Shown: positions 63,967 to 64,000 of the stretch, piece by piece
Layout of the letters: every line of letters starts with the position of its first letter
Numbering within the stretch: the stretch's first letter is position 1
NCBI GenBank assembly: GCA_049582045.1
Contig: JBAUTD010000559.1
Coordinates: 11,720 to 75,719, forward strand
Source: Burkholderiales bacterium
GTDB taxonomy: Bacteria; Pseudomonadota; Gammaproteobacteria; Burkholderiales; SG8-39
Reading direction: 5' to 3'
Length of the DNA stretch: 64,000 bases
Program-made: the position numbers and the translations under genes
Notes under the pieces: model-generated
Seen by the model: the letters and a program-made list of their open reading frames with translations, nothing else
Database searches by the model: none
Told to the model about the DNA's origin: nothing

Positions 63967-63990
63967 AGCTATCCCGCGGCAAAACGTGAA

Positions 63991-63996
63991 ATTATA
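63991..63996 (-). promoter_or_regulatory. candidate -10 hexamer for the aldolase-SDR/mtnA operon
   Basis: The minus strand reads TATAAT, 25 nt upstream of ATG 63966. The -35 region would lie outside the window. Confidence 0.35.
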
Positions 63997-64000
63997 CTTT

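Overview
High-GC proteobacterial chromosomal core segment. The synteny (smc-zipA-ligA and glnD-map/rpsB-tsf-pyrH-frr-uppS-cdsA-dxr-rseP-bamA-skp-lpxD-fabZ-lpxA-lpxB-rnhB) looks betaproteobacterial, but that is an inference from gene order only. I call 64 protein genes and a tRNA-Pro/Arg/His cluster, packed tightly with many 1-4 nt start/stop overlaps. I saw no rRNA, CRISPR array, transposase, integrase, prophage or recognisable defence island. Most of the window is housekeeping: translation and ribosome biogenesis (trpS, rimP-nusA-infB-rbfA-truB-rpsO-pnp, rpsB-tsf-pyrH-frr), chromosome segregation and division (scpAB, smc, zipA, ligA), lysine/DAP synthesis, outer-membrane and lipid A biogenesis, purine synthesis (guaBA) and PEP synthase with its regulator. 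Many long ORFs in the supplied track are high-GC artefacts, either antisense or out-of-frame upstream extensions; I trimmed or rejected these using motifs, Shine-Dalgarno sites and stop/start coupling. The least ordinary content is at the right end (56.0-64.0 kb). There a 656-aa class II aldolase-SDR fusion is coupled through a shared nucleotide (TGATG) to mtnA, and a LivKHMGF-type ABC operon follows on the same strand. I propose, without proof, that the fusion is a fused DHAP-shunt-type module for methylthioribose or 5-deoxyribose disposal. A possible entry enzyme, an MtnP-family phosphorylase in a tight operon with hpt, lies 33 kb away. Secondary oddities are an orphan, lower-GC PilU-type ATPase inside the queF-dapC-dapD-dapE-prmB operon, a signal-less YkuD protein coupled to tadA, a LivF-like ATPase with an N-terminal extension, rluB lacking a canonical start outside scpB, and several structured leaders and attenuators. 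Nothing here can be called a new system from sequence alone, and all functional links are hypotheses with stated tests.
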